64,000 bases of DNA from an uncultured Bacteroidales bacterium (GTDB lineage: Bacteria > Bacteroidota > Bacteroidia > Bacteroidales > Lentimicrobiaceae), in NCBI GenBank assembly GCA_937894795.1, contig CALCQV010000167.1, positions 1,502 to 65,501 on the forward strand, written 5' to 3'. A model generated the notes under the pieces. The model worked only from the letters and a program-made list of their open reading frames with translations, had not been told where the DNA came from and ran no database searches. Position numbers and translations under genes: made by a program. This document shows positions 38,327 through 49,925 of this stretch, piece by piece. Each line of letters opens with the position of its first letter. The first letter of the stretch is position 1.

Positions 38327-38923
38327 CTACAAACCTGTAAATTCATTGTTTATGGTAATATAATCAGGGTAAGTGATGGGGCTTGAACCAACATAAATGG
38401 TAGGTTTCGCCTTCAGCGTAACTCTTGTAGGGCGATTACCGGCACCGGCCAGATTAAGTCCGAAGTTAGCCAGTGATTCAACATTACGGGCTTCAATAAC
38501 CTTCAACAGGTCAAAGCTCAGGTTTAACGGCAATACGGCAGTACCCCCGTTTGCCGGAATGGTGATGCGCTGCTCGGTGACGCCTGTAAGCACTTCAAGA
38601 TCATCAATCAATAATATCCAATCCAGCTTGCTCATGCCGGCAGCGGTAGTATTGGGATTCTTGGCTTCCACATTAAGTGTAAAGCTAAGCGGCAGATTAC
38701 CTGTGGCATAAGCAGCCGTTACCTTTGTCACATCAACAAGACTCAGATCCTTATAGCTCTTTATATTCTGCACATTGACGCCTGCAAGCTTGGTATTGGT
38801 GAGCGTGCTGAGCCTGAACTGGCATTTTGATAGCATGGCCACCTGTGAAATCTGGTTTAATACATCACAGCTGTTTAAAACGAATGCTGATAGGATTGTG
38901 AAGATAAGAAGTGATCTTTTCAT
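38327..38923 (-). CDS. LEA_2/WHy-domain lipoprotein
   Basis: Lipobox VLNSC and VEAKNPN..LDWILLIDD motif. Confidence 0.75.
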   Translation of the reverse strand: MKRSLLIFTILSAFVLNSCDVLNQISQVAMLSKCQFRLSTLTNTKLAGVNVQNIKSYKDLSLVDVTKVTAAYATGNLPLSFTLNVEAKNPNTTAAGMSKLDWILLIDDLEVLTGVTEQRITIPANGGTAVLPLNLSFDLLKVIEARNVESLANFGLNLAGAGNRPTRVTLKAKPTIYVGSSPITYPDYITINNEFTGL

Positions 38924-38934
38924 ATTGGAATTAT

Positions 38935-40737
38935 TTATTGTTTTTGCTGACGTTTACGTTCATGTTCATCAAGAATGATCTTACGCATTCTCAATGATCT
39001 GGGTGTAACCTCAAGGAATTCATCCTTGCCGATATACTCCATTGATTCATCCAATGAGAATTTAACCGCAGGCACAATAACTATCTTATCATCAGTACCT
39101 GAAGCTCTGACATTTGTGAGCTTTTTGGTTTTTGTAACATTGATAAGCAGGTCATCAGGCCTGATGTGTTCACCAATAGCCTGTCCGGCATAGATCTCTT
39201 CATTGGGATAAACAAAAAACGTACCACGGTCCTGCAGCTTGTCAATGGAATAGGCAATGGCCTGTCCGGTTTCCATGGCTATGAGTGAACCTTTATTCCT
39301 GCCGGCAATTTCACCTTTCCATGGTTCATAAGCCTTGAAGCGGTGAGCCATAATGGCTTCGCCTTCAGTAGCTGTTAAAACATTGTTTCTTAAACCTATG
39401 ATACCTCTTGATGGTATCGAGAATTCCAAATGTATTCTGTCGCCTTTGGTTTCAATGGTGGCTATTTCACCTTTACGTTGTGTAACCAGCTCAATTACCT
39501 TGCCTGAGAAAGCTTCAGGTACATGAACGGTGAGCATTTCAACCGGTTCATGGATTACACCCTCTATTTCTTTGGTAAGAACCTGTGGCTGACCCAACTG
39601 CAACTCATACCCCTCACGGCGCATGGTCTCAACAAGGATGGACAAGTGCAGAATACCACGGCCATAAACTATGAGAGTTTCGGGCGATTCCGTTTCAACA
39701 ATGCGCATGGCCAGGTTTTTCTCTACTTCCTTGAAAAGCCTTTCACGCAAATGGCGTGAAGTTACAAACTTACCTTCCCTGCCGAAGAAGGGTGAGTTGT
39801 TGATGGTAAACAGCATACTCATGGTAGGCTCATCAATATTGAGTGGCTTTAATGCCTCTGGAAACTCATAATCGGCAATGGTATCGCCAATATCGAAATC
39901 ATCAATACCCAATATGGCGCAGATTTCACCCGGGAAGACGTCAGTTTTTATCTTTTCTTTACCAAGACCCTCAAAAACATACAACTCCTTTATCTTTGTC
40001 TTGAATGATCGGCCGTCCTGTTTCAGCAATGAAACATTCATACCTCCGCGCAACACCCCACGTGATAAACGCCCCACAGCAATGCGACCAACATAAGAAG
40101 AATAGTCAAGTGATGTAATCTGCAACTGGGTATTTCCCTCTTCATGCTTGTACTCAGGTATATATTCAATGATGGTGTCAAGCAGGTGGGTAATATCCGT
40201 AGTTGGTTTGCGCCAATCGTCCGACATCCAACCCTGTTTGCTCGAACCATATACAGTGGGGAAGTTCAATTGGTCTTCAGTTGCGTCAAGGTTGAACATC
40301 AGGTCAAAGACTGCTTCCTGAACACCTTCAGGATCACAATTAGGTTTATCAACCTTATTGATAACAACAATAGGCTTGAGATTAAGGGCCAATGCCTTCA
40401 TCAATACAAACCGAGTCTGGGGCATCGGACCTTCAAAGGCATCAACCAGTAGCAACACTCCATCAGCCATATTGAGCACCCTTTCAACCTCACCGCCAAA
40501 ATCACTGTGTCCAGGTGTGTCAATAATATTAATCTTAACTCCCTTATACCTTACAGAAACGTTCTTTGATAAAATGGTAATACCACGCTCACGCTCCAAT
40601 TCATTACTGTCGAGAATCAGATCACCCATCTCCTGATTATCTCTGAAAAGTTTTACCTGGTATAAAATTCGGTCAACCAGAGTTGTTTTGCCATGGTCAA
40701 CATGGGCTATAATTGCTATGTTTCTGATGTTCTGCAT
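38935..40737 (-). CDS. typA: Translational GTPase TypA/BipA
   Basis: [38 protein letters not shown] and EVTP..LRMRK motifs. Confidence 0.98.
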   Translation of the reverse strand: MQNIRNIAIIAHVDHGKTTLVDRILYQVKLFRDNQEMGDLILDSNELERERGITILSKNVSVRYKGVKINIIDTPGHSDFGGEVERVLNMADGVLLLVDAFEGPMPQTRFVLMKALALNLKPIVVINKVDKPNCDPEGVQEAVFDLMFNLDATEDQLNFPTVYGSSKQGWMSDDWRKPTTDITHLLDTIIEYIPEYKHEEGNTQLQITSLDYSSYVGRIAVGRLSRGVLRGGMNVSLLKQDGRSFKTKIKELYVFEGLGKEKIKTDVFPGEICAILGIDDFDIGDTIADYEFPEALKPLNIDEPTMSMLFTINNSPFFGREGKFVTSRHLRERLFKEVEKNLAMRIVETESPETLIVYGRGILHLSILVETMRREGYELQLGQPQVLTKEIEGVIHEPVEMLTVHVPEAFSGKVIELVTQRKGEIATIETKGDRIHLEFSIPSRGIIGLRNNVLTATEGEAIMAHRFKAYEPWKGEIAGRNKGSLIAMETGQAIAYSIDKLQDRGTFFVYPNEEIYAGQAIGEHIRPDDLLINVTKTKKLTNVRASGTDDKIVIVPAVKFSLDESMEYIGKDEFLEVTPRSLRMRKIILDEHERKRQQKQ

Positions 40738-40768
40738 CCGCTTTTTGCTAAGTTTTTATTTGAGGGTG

Positions 40769-40776
40769 CAAAAGTA
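40769..40776 (-). promoter_or_regulatory. -7 promoter element for typA
   Basis: TACTTTTG on the minus strand, 31 nt upstream of the ATG. Confidence 0.65.
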
Positions 40777-40896
40777 GTCATTTTAACGGTACAACGAGAG
40801 GTGTTAATAATCAGCAATCTGTAATTGAGTTATCACAGGTTTCAAATAAAAGGAATAACAGAAGATTGTTAAACTATCAGTAATGATTTCTTAAGC

Positions 40897-40989
40897 TCAA
40901 CTCCAGTTCAACTCCAGTTCAACTCCAGTATAACTCCAGTAATTTCCATCAATTACTGGACCTGAACACCACTTGTACTGGACCTGAAC
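40897..40989. repeat. 11-bp tandem repeat x4 plus two inversely oriented related units
   Basis: TCAACTCCAGT at 40897, 40908 and 40919, ATAACTCCAGT at 40930; TACTGGACCTGAAC at 40954 and 40976. Confidence 0.85.
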
Positions 40990-41229
40990 TGAAGGTGAGC
41001 CAAATTTGATCAAAAGTTGAATCAACTGAATCCTTGAATCTGATATGGTAAAAGTGAAATAATAGTCGGGGAAGAAACGATCTGTTATATTTCATATCCA
41101 TAATACTAATATGCTATTTGTTGGCAGGTGTTTGTTAATATTATAATTGATAATCAACAACTTCCCGAACAGTGAGAAAAATAATGAAGGATTTTTAAAA
41201 AAATGCATTGCTGTTACGAATAAAGTTTA

Positions 41230-41237
41230 TACATTTG
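41230..41237 (+). promoter_or_regulatory. -7 promoter element of the Rrf2 operon
   Basis: TACATTTG 24 nt upstream of the GTG start. Confidence 0.6.
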
Positions 41238-41261
41238 CGTATTCAAATACCGAAATACCAA

Positions 41262-41675
41262 GTGGCAAAAATAATCAACATATCAGAAGCGGCATCCATA
41301 GCTGTACACAGTATGGCCATGATTGCAAACAGCAGCGAGATGCTGAATGTGAATCAGATTGCCGATCGTACTCACTCATCCAGAAACCATCTGGCTAAGG
41401 TGATGCAAATACTGGTGAAGAACAATTATCTGAGCTCCGTAAGGGGGCCTAATGGAGGATTCTCACTTAAGGTAAATCCTGAACAGATAAGTTTACTGGA
41501 AATCTATGAATTGATTGATGGCAGTATGCAGAGTCATTATTGTGGTATTGATGAAGATAAATGCCCGTTTGAAACCTGTGTGTTTGGTCCAATGCTTAAC
41601 AAATTTTCTGCTGAATTCCTTGAATACCTCAAGAATAAAAAACTATCGGAACTCATTAAAATTAAAAACCAGTAA
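41262..41675 (+). CDS. Rrf2 family transcriptional regulator with three Cys, putatively Fe-S binding
   Basis: HLAKVMQILVK..LSSVRGPNGGF, ISLLEIYELIDG and C-X6-C-X4-C. GTG 41262 chosen as start. Confidence 0.93.
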   Translation: MAKIINISEAASIAVHSMAMIANSSEMLNVNQIADRTHSSRNHLAKVMQILVKNNYLSSVRGPNGGFSLKVNPEQISLLEIYELIDGSMQSHYCGIDEDKCPFETCVFGPMLNKFSAEFLEYLKNKKLSELIKIKNQ

Positions 41676-42595
41676 TGAAGAGAACTATTATTAAAATTGA
41701 CGAAGAACTTTGCAATGGATGTGGCTTGTGTGTACCCAATTGTCATGAAGGTGCCCTGCAGATCATTGATGGAAAGGCAAGACTTATCAGTGACCTGTTT
41801 TGTGATGGGTTAGGCGCATGCATCGGCCATTGTCCGGAAGGTGCCATTACCCTGGAAGAGAGGGAAGCTGAACCATACGATGAAATTAAAGTTATGGAGT
41901 TAATGGTACCTAAAGGCCGGAACACTATTTTGGCTCATTTGGAGCACCTGCGTGACCATAACGAAACCGAATTATTGCAACAGGCCATCAATTACATTAA
42001 AGAGAACAACATTGATATGAGTCCCAAAGATGGGAACCTTGACACCCCGGTAACACCATTGCCGGTTTTTGATTCCATAAAGGAGGCCCGGATGGCTGTA
42101 AAACCGGAATCATCAGGTTGTGGTGGCGGATGCCCCGGTTCCAGGGAGATGAGCTTTGACATTGACATGAACAAAGTGAACGGAAGTTCAACCACAGCTG
42201 TCACCGATGCCCCATCAGAGTTGCGTCAGTGGCCTGTACAGCTTCACTTGCTGAATCCCGAAGCCGGCTATATCAAAAATGCCGACGTAGTGCTTGCCGC
42301 TGATTGCGTTGCCTTTGCCATGGGTAATTTCCATAACAAGTTTCTCAAAGGCAAGACTCTCGCCATAGCCTGCCCAAAACTCGATTCGAACAAGGAATCG
42401 TATGTCGAAAAGCTGACCGCTATGATTGACCGCAGCAATATAAACACGCTGCATGCAGTGACCATGGAGGTACCATGCTGCTCAGGATTGGTGCAACTAG
42501 CAATGATTGCCCGTCAGCAGGCATCAAGAAACATCCCTATCAAGAAGACTGTTATTAGTATCCAGGGTGAAGTCTTATCAGAAAACTGGCTATAG
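41675..42595 (+). CDS. 4Fe-4S dicluster-domain protein
   Basis: CNGCGLCVPNC, CDGLGACIGHCP, GCPGS, QWPVQL, ADCVAF, CPKLD and MEVPCC motifs. Start overlaps the Rrf2 stop. Confidence 0.9.
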   Translation: MKRTIIKIDEELCNGCGLCVPNCHEGALQIIDGKARLISDLFCDGLGACIGHCPEGAITLEEREAEPYDEIKVMELMVPKGRNTILAHLEHLRDHNETELLQQAINYIKENNIDMSPKDGNLDTPVTPLPVFDSIKEARMAVKPESSGCGGGCPGSREMSFDIDMNKVNGSSTTAVTDAPSELRQWPVQLHLLNPEAGYIKNADVVLAADCVAFAMGNFHNKFLKGKTLAIACPKLDSNKESYVEKLTAMIDRSNINTLHAVTMEVPCCSGLVQLAMIARQQASRNIPIKKTVISIQGEVLSENWL

Positions 42596-42647
42596 ACACC
42601 ACAACTCAGGTAGAAAAAAAATATTTAACATTAATAAAGAAATTACA

Positions 42648-42977
42648 ATGGACAAGACAAAATTCATGACCGGCAAACCATTCATTTTTGCCAATGAGAT
42701 AGATTACTCCGACGGAGGAATAGTAAGCATGAGAGTAGTAGAGCAACCTACTGGCAATGTAAGCCTCTTTGCTTTCGACAAGGGGCAGCGCCTCAGTGAG
42801 CATACCGCTCCATTTGATGCCATGGTGAATGTGGTTGAAGGAGAAGCTGAGATTGTTATTGGTGGCAATCCAAACAAACTCACAGCAGGCATGGCCATTA
42901 TTATGCCGGCAAACATCACCCATGCTGTAAATGCCACTGAAAGATTCAAAATGGTACTAACCATGATTAAAAAATAA
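42648..42977 (+). CDS. Cupin domain protein
   Basis: FDKGQRLSEHTAPFDA..EGEA..MPANITHAV..FKMVL. Start moved to ATG 42648. Confidence 0.93.
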   Translation: MDKTKFMTGKPFIFANEIDYSDGGIVSMRVVEQPTGNVSLFAFDKGQRLSEHTAPFDAMVNVVEGEAEIVIGGNPNKLTAGMAIIMPANITHAVNATERFKMVLTMIKK

Positions 42978-42997
42978 CTCCTCATTAGCCTGCATTA

Positions 42998-44557
42998 ATG
43001 AAGAAACTTCGCAAATACCATAAATGGCCATCTTTAATAGTTGGCCTTTTTATTCTGTTTTTCTGTGTTTCAGGTATTATCATGAACCACAGGTCTATAT
43101 TCGCCACGTTGAATTTCCCAAGGGCACTCATGCCGGGTGATTACCATTATAAAAACTGGAACCTGGCTTCCGTAAAGGGATTCTTACCCCTTAATGATAC
43201 GGAAATGCTGGCCTATGGAAATGTTGGTATATGGAAAACAAACCGGCAGTTTACCGGCTTCAGCGATATGAATGCAGGTTTTCCGAAAGGAATTGACTAT
43301 AGGAAGATATTTTGCATGACCAAAACTGAGGATGACCGGTTATTTGCCGGTACCCTCTTTGGCTTGTATGAATTTGACCATTCAAAGGCTGAATGGCAAA
43401 AAATCAAACTGCCGGAAGACAATCAGAGAGTTGTTAAATTATTGGTGCAGGATAATAAACTTATAGTACTGACCCGCTCTGAAATGTGGGAGATGCCGCT
43501 GAATGCAGCACCTGTCTTTAAATTGATTGATGTACCTGCCACCGAAGATCACGAAGGAAAAGCCGGAATGTTCCGCACACTGTGGGTGATACACAGCGGT
43601 GAAATATTTGGTTTGACCGGAAAACTGATTGTTGACATGGTGGGACTGGCTGTCATCTTCATGACTTTAACCGGCTTCTTTTATTTTTTCCTGCCAAAGT
43701 TTGCCAAAAAGATAAGGGAACAATACCGCAAGAAGCTGCAGAAGCTTAACCGGAGCGCCATAAACTGGCATACCCTGTTGGGAGTTTACGGTTTACCTAT
43801 TCTCATTGTAACAACCCTCACGGGGATGTTCCTCCGCCCTCCCCTGCTTATACCCATTGCCAATAAAGAGATGGCTGCCATTCCGGGTACAATCCTGGCT
43901 AATGAAAATGTATGGCACGACAAGTTCAGGGATGTTGTTTACGACACCCTTTCCAATGAATACATCATCTCAACCAGCGAGGGATTCATAAAGCTTGACG
44001 TTAATCATGACTCCAATAAGACCAGGAAGATGGAAGCACAGCCTCCTGTGAGCGTAATGGGAATAAATGTTTTTCAGGATCTTGGCAAGGGCGAGTACCT
44101 GGTTGGTTCATTCAGCGGTATTTATAAATGGAACACCCTAACCGGCAACAGCACAGATGTAATAACCGGTATGCCTGCACAAGAACAGGCCGGCGGCAAT
44201 CCCTTTGGAGCCATAGCTGTAGCAGGTGTCTATATGGATAACAATCAACCGGTTGCTATTTTTGATTATGGGGCTGGTTGGATGAACCTTGAACCTCAGA
44301 ATAAACCTGAAATGCCTTCTGTAATTGCAAAACAACCCATATCATGGTGGAACCTCGCTCTGGAAGTGCATACCGGAAGAATATTTGCATTTATATTTGG
44401 TGACTTTTACATTCTTTACGTACCTTTAATGGGCATTCTGATACTGGTAATCCTCACAACAGGATTTTTAATGTACTGGAAATCAAAGAAACGCAAATCA
44501 AAAGCAAGGAAACATGGAAATATTGAACTTACACAAAGCACCAAAAGTGCCGTTTGA
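42998..44557 (+). CDS. PepSY-associated TM-helix (iron-regulated membrane protein-like) protein
   Basis: RKYHKW..SGIIMNH, IHSGEIFG, NWHTLLG, TGMFLRPP and EVHTGR motifs with four TM segments. Confidence 0.85.
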   Translation: MKKLRKYHKWPSLIVGLFILFFCVSGIIMNHRSIFATLNFPRALMPGDYHYKNWNLASVKGFLPLNDTEMLAYGNVGIWKTNRQFTGFSDMNAGFPKGIDYRKIFCMTKTEDDRLFAGTLFGLYEFDHSKAEWQKIKLPEDNQRVVKLLVQDNKLIVLTRSEMWEMPLNAAPVFKLIDVPATEDHEGKAGMFRTLWVIHSGEIFGLTGKLIVDMVGLAVIFMTLTGFFYFFLPKFAKKIREQYRKKLQKLNRSAINWHTLLGVYGLPILIVTTLTGMFLRPPLLIPIANKEMAAIPGTILANENVWHDKFRDVVYDTLSNEYIISTSEGFIKLDVNHDSNKTRKMEAQPPVSVMGINVFQDLGKGEYLVGSFSGIYKWNTLTGNSTDVITGMPAQEQAGGNPFGAIAVAGVYMDNNQPVAIFDYGAGWMNLEPQNKPEMPSVIAKQPISWWNLALEVHTGRIFAFIFGDFYILYVPLMGILILVILTTGFLMYWKSKKRKSKARKHGNIELTQSTKSAV

Positions 44558-44825
44558 CCTCAACGGACACATTCTTTGCAAGCATAAAAATCTGGAAATT
44601 GTTCATCTTACTCTAAAACCGGGTGAACGAATTGAAAAACATGTTAATCCCAATGATGTAATCTTCTACGTACTGGAAGGCAAAGCATTGCTTGAAACTG
44701 TCAATGAACGCATCCTCGTGAATAAGGATGACGTTGTAAAAGTGGAAGCCGGCAGAGAAAGAGGATTTGACAATATCTCTGTTTCATTATTCAAAGTGAT
44801 GGTTATTAAGTTCTTACCTGAATAA
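44514..44825 (+). CDS. Cupin domain protein
   Basis: LTLKPGERIEKHVNP..FYVLEGK..RGFDN; overlaps the upstream stop by 44 nt. Confidence 0.85.
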   Translation: MEILNLHKAPKVPFDLNGHILCKHKNLEIVHLTLKPGERIEKHVNPNDVIFYVLEGKALLETVNERILVNKDDVVKVEAGRERGFDNISVSLFKVMVIKFLPE

Positions 44826-44958
44826 CCTCAACCCATTCTTATTGAATTTATGTTCCTTTCGTAACAGGAAATTACTATCTTTGGATGGTGGAATATCCTT
44901 TAATTCAATGCGTTCCACATGTAATGATTCTGTCGTTGTACTAAATAAAAAATTATCA

Positions 44959-47900
44959 ATGAATAATTTTTTACGCTCGTCAGCCTACGCTATACTCTCA
45001 AAAAATAGTATATTATTTTTTGTATTATTCGCCATTTCCTTAACATCATCAGGGCAGGGAAATTCCTATAAAAATCATCCCGGATTGAATGCCAAGGATT
45101 ACAGGCGTTCAGAGGAGTTTGCCAGTTCACGGGCCGATGAAAACGGCAGCATGAAAGGGTATATTGAGGCGATGCAGAAAGTGAAGGATTCACTGAGAGT
45201 TGCCATTGAAAGCAAACAGATGCATGAGGGGGATGGCAATTACAGGAATAGTTACAGGCGAACACAGTTCTATCCCCTTGGTCCTTCAGTCACTACCGAT
45301 CCGGTGCTGGCACAATTAGGACTGGTTTCCGCACTTTGGGTTGACACATCAAATTACACTACCCTGTATGCCGGCATGATGGCGGACAGAACTGGCACCC
45401 CAAATCAGACAACTACATCACTACCGGCATACTTGGAATAGAAGTTGACAGAAAAGACAAGCAACACATATTTGTCGGCACGGGGCACTGGGGATTTAAC
45501 AGGGCATACGGACAAGGTGTTATGGAAAGCAGGGACGGCGGTAATACATGGGCTCCAACAAGCCTGAACTCAGGTATCATGACTGCCGGCTTTCTGGTGC
45601 ACGATGTAAAACAACACAGCACGCATGCCGACACACTTTATGCGGTCCTCAATACGGAGTTTAAAGCGAAAACAAGCATCTACCGATCGACCGACAAAGG
45701 CATCAATTGGGAACAAACCTTCACCCAAAACAATGAAGAGCTGTTTGATATAGTGCTGACGCCGGGTAAACCCGATAATATATTTGTTGTTGGCAGTCTG
45801 CTGCTGCGAAGCCGTGACGGCGGTACCACCTGGCAGGATTTAACATACCGCATTCCTATTAAGCCCGACCATAAGATATCACGCCTGGCTTTGGCTCTGT
45901 CAGACAGCATTCCGGGATTGATACTTGTTTTCACGGAATCATATGACACCCTTACTCCCGGTGTATGGGCGCATCAGCTTTTCAGATCAACCAATGATGG
46001 CAGGGATTACTTCCGCATTGGCATTGATTATCTTCCTTTTGTAAGTTACTGGAAGATGGAGTTGCAGATTTCACCCACTGATCCGGCAGAATTCTACCTT
46101 GGCGGCATCTGGTTCAACAAGTACCGTCTTGAAGCAGATTCAGCTATTCACCTTGATTTCCGCAATCATAAGTACCATAAGGATGTGCGCGACCTTCTTG
46201 TGTTTAAAGGTGATACTGCAGATGTAGTATTCATGGGAAATGACGGTGGTGTCACCCGGTCAGATGATGGAACGGTTACCTGGAGGGATATCACACGCAA
46301 CGGTATGCAATCAACACAGTTGCATAACATAACCATTGGTGATAACAGCAATATGGTATATGGGGGCCCTCAGGACGGGAATCTTTGCTTTTATAACTAT
46401 GATACCAAGGAGTGGACAAAGGAAACACATGTTGGAGATGCATACGATGGGATGGTTGATTTTAACAACCCCGGGAATGTGTATATGGTCACTATTCCAC
46501 CTAAGCTAAACAGACGAAACATCTTCCTGTTAAAATCAACCGATGCCGGCTTAAGCTTCAATTACCGTGGAGTACCTGATACCACTGAACAGGGAAGAAA
46601 TAACATTCCTGTTACAATGCATCCAACAGATTCAAAGACTATATATGCCGGATTAAAAAATGTATGGAAATCAACCGATGGTGCAGAAACATGGGAGCAG
46701 ATAAGCAGCTTTAACCCCCTGAATCAGCATAAGATACAGGCGCTTGAGGTGTCAGAAGCCAATCCCGATATTATCTGTATCAGTTTTGAAAACCCGTCGT
46801 GGGGTAATATACAGGAAGAGAAAATAATGCTCACCATAGATGGGGGCGACAGGTGGACAGATATTACACCGCGGGGCAGCCTGTCAATGCAGTACGTCTC
46901 TGCAACTGATATTTTCATACACCCTGATAAACCGGGGACCATATACCTAACACTCGACCGTACCTGGGTAAACAGGCGCATATATGTAACGCATGATGGC
47001 GGAAGAAGCTGGGAAAACTTCTCGGAAGGCATTCCGGCCATACCCGTGAATGCCATACGGTATTTTAAAGGCGCCGGCTATGATATTTTCCTGGTAGCCA
47101 CTGATGCGGGTATCTATTACAGGGATGAAAACATGGCTGCATGGGAATATTTCGGCGAGGGTTTGCCCCTGACTATCATCTCAGACATTGAAATAAACTA
47201 TGCCAGAAAGAAACTGGTAGCAGGCACCTTCGGCCGCGGTCTCTGGGAAGCCGATTTATGTCTACCCCTGAATGAGACTTCAATGGTAATCACCGATACG
47301 GTAAGCTGGACTGTAGGCAAAAACCTGCTTAGTGACCTGGTGCTTATGCCCGGCAGTAAACTCACCATAAATAACCGGGTGGAAGTTGGTGATGGCAGAA
47401 CCATTAAGATTATGCCGGGAGCCCAACTGATACTGGACAAGGCAGTACTCACCAACAATTGCGTTAGCCTGTGGGAAGGCATCAAACTGTATGGAAACAG
47501 CGACTATGATTCAGGTTTGCCACAGGGTAAACTCACGTTGATACACGGGGCCGTGATTGAGAATGCCTATACCGGTATCGAAATGATTGAGATGGATGAA
47601 AATGGCCTGGAGAATAAGAGCAGAGGCGGAGGTATTATATATACCAATAAAGCCGTTTTCAGGAATAACCTACGTGCAATTGACATTAAACCCACCAAGG
47701 GAAGAAATCCATCTAAATTCATATTGACAGAGTTTACGCTCAGGGAACAACCCTGGCCCGGTGAGAAGATGAAGGAATTTGTTAGAATAAACAATAATAA
47801 AGGCCTTGAATTTGTCAGCTGTACATTCAGGAACGACCTGCCGTATTCAAAGCTGCCGGTCAATGAACGCGGCAATGGAATAACCGCTTACAACTCATCG

Positions 47901-49805
47901 TTGAAAATATACCGTATCCATCAGGATTCCGTCCCCTTCGGCTTATCCACCAAGCCTCTGTTTTATCAGCTGAAGAGTGGCATTGATGCAACAACATCCA
48001 CTCCCGGCTATGCCTTTTACACAGAAGATGTACAGTATAAAAACAATTTCACGGGAGCCTATTTATCGGGTTACAGCATTGTTGAAGCCAATAGATGTGC
48101 CTTCGACTTATCGGCTCTGAACAACATTGGCAGTACGCATAAGGAAGTTACCGGCCTCTATCTTGACAACTGCACCTATTACAGCATTCTTGACAACAAT
48201 TTCAAGGGTGGTGCTTTACCGGGTTACAACAACGAGTTAGCCGGATTGGTAGTCAATAACTGCGGAGAACAAAACAACATTGTTGCCGGTAACAGTTTCA
48301 GCAACCTTAACTATTCACTCTTAGCCCAGAATACCAACCGCTCCGTTGACGGCTACAAGGGTTTGCGCCTATACTATAACTGGTTCAACAAGAATGAATA
48401 CGATATATGCATTACAACCGACAGCACAAAAGCCAACAATGGAATTGCCTATTATCAGGGAGCCATTGGAGCATTACCCATAGAACCGGCAGGCAACCAG
48501 TTCAGTTACGGCAAATTCCATCGCACCGGTGACTTCCACAACGATGGCGAGCCTGTATTGTATAGCCATTACAGCAATTCACCTGCAATATCGCGACAAC
48601 AGCCCCGGTTATATGCAAACATCCTGCCGGTACCGGCGGCATTCAGCATGCCCCCCGACAGCAATTACCTGCCCGAATACCTCACCATTACCAACGACTT
48701 GCTCAACCAAACAAGATCAGCCTGGGATGGAACAGCTTCCACTGCCCTCAAACAACTTAATGACACCAGAGATGGAGGCAATACCAACGCACTCATTGAT
48801 GAGATAAGGAATTTTTCACCCGAATCATTGGTGTTGTTGAATAAAAAACTGCGCAGCCTGGATTCTAAACTGTCGGTTGATGCACTAGAAGCGCTTTTAA
48901 AGAATAATAACTTCCATAACACTTTTCTGATTGAAATACTGATAAACAATCCCATCATTTTCAGGAATAACCATTTAATGCAGTTGATAACCGAGCGGAA
49001 TCCTGAGATTCCCGACTTTATGCTTCATCGTCTGGCACTACTCTATAATCAATACAGTTTGATAGAACTGATGGAGGGCAGAAGCAATAATGCCGTAGCC
49101 ATTAAGGACGGCTTGCTGAATCGCGAACGGGGACATCTCTTCTTTAAAAGCTGGGGCACTCCTGAAACACAGCTTACAGATCATTTAAGAAATGATGCAA
49201 AAGCTCATAATGATTTACTGCTCGCATTTATATACCAATTATATGGCGATTCAACACAAGCACAAGCTACGCTAAATGATGCCGGGATGAAATACCCAAA
49301 TTACTCCTCCGACATTGACAACATGAAAGAGCTGATTGAAATACATACTGAAATAGCAAATAAGAACAGCGATACACTATCCACCTCTGTTTATGAGCGA
49401 CTGCTTGAATTACTTGACCGGGAACCCACCTTCATATACGCAGTTAATATACTCAGGCACTATAACAAAAGTGATTATACGGAACCTTATATACTGCCGG
49501 GGAATCCGCGTACTCCTGTGATATTTGATATTCCTGAGATCAATATCAAAGGAAGTCAATTCAAGCTGTATCCACAACCGGCATCTGAATATCTGATTGT
49601 AGATTATTATTATGAAGCCGGCTTTACAAAGGGAGAGCTCGAATTGACGAACCTGACAGGGCAAATAATAGCACGGTTTCCATTAAAATCATCCTATGGA
49701 CAGCATGTTTTTGATACAAAAAGTCTGTTACCGGGATTATATATTATGCGTTTAGTATCAGATAACTCGGTACTTGAAAGGCAGAAAGTGCTGATCATAA
49801 GATAG
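44959..49805 (+). pseudogene. Frameshifted ~1600-aa T9SS protein with VPS10/BNR repeats (or an assembly error), split into 44959-45441 and 45522-49805
   Basis: Frame 1 gives a signal peptide and ..LGP..LGLVSALWVD..TLYAG. From about 45378 the other frame continues DGGQNWHPKSDNYITTGILGIEVD.. openly into the 1427-aa ORF, which lacks its own signal peptide and ends in a CTD (LYPQPAS..GLYIMR..KVLIIR). Confidence 0.8.
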
Positions 49806-49884
49806 TTTAGATTCAGTCATATATAGCGTAAAAAATTATTGTCGGAAAAGTTGATAATTGTTATTGGATTTATTGAAACTTCCT

Positions 49885-49892
49885 TATATTTG
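49885..49892 (+). promoter_or_regulatory. -7 promoter element for nrfHA
   Basis: TATATTTG 33 nt upstream of the nrfH ATG. Confidence 0.6.
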
Positions 49893-49925
49893 TTAGGTTG
49901 AGTGCCAAATTAATCCATCCGGAAT

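Noticed and set aside
45439-45441. TAG readthrough (pyrrolysine or recoding) joining the two T9SS ORF halves
   Set aside because: The two ORFs are in different frames, so readthrough cannot join them. The break lies about 65 nt upstream of the TAG.
49850-49870. FNR/Crp-type box upstream of nrfH (TTGATAATTGTTAT)
   Set aside because: Only the left half-site matches TTGAT-N4-ATCAA, which is expected by chance in AT-rich DNA.
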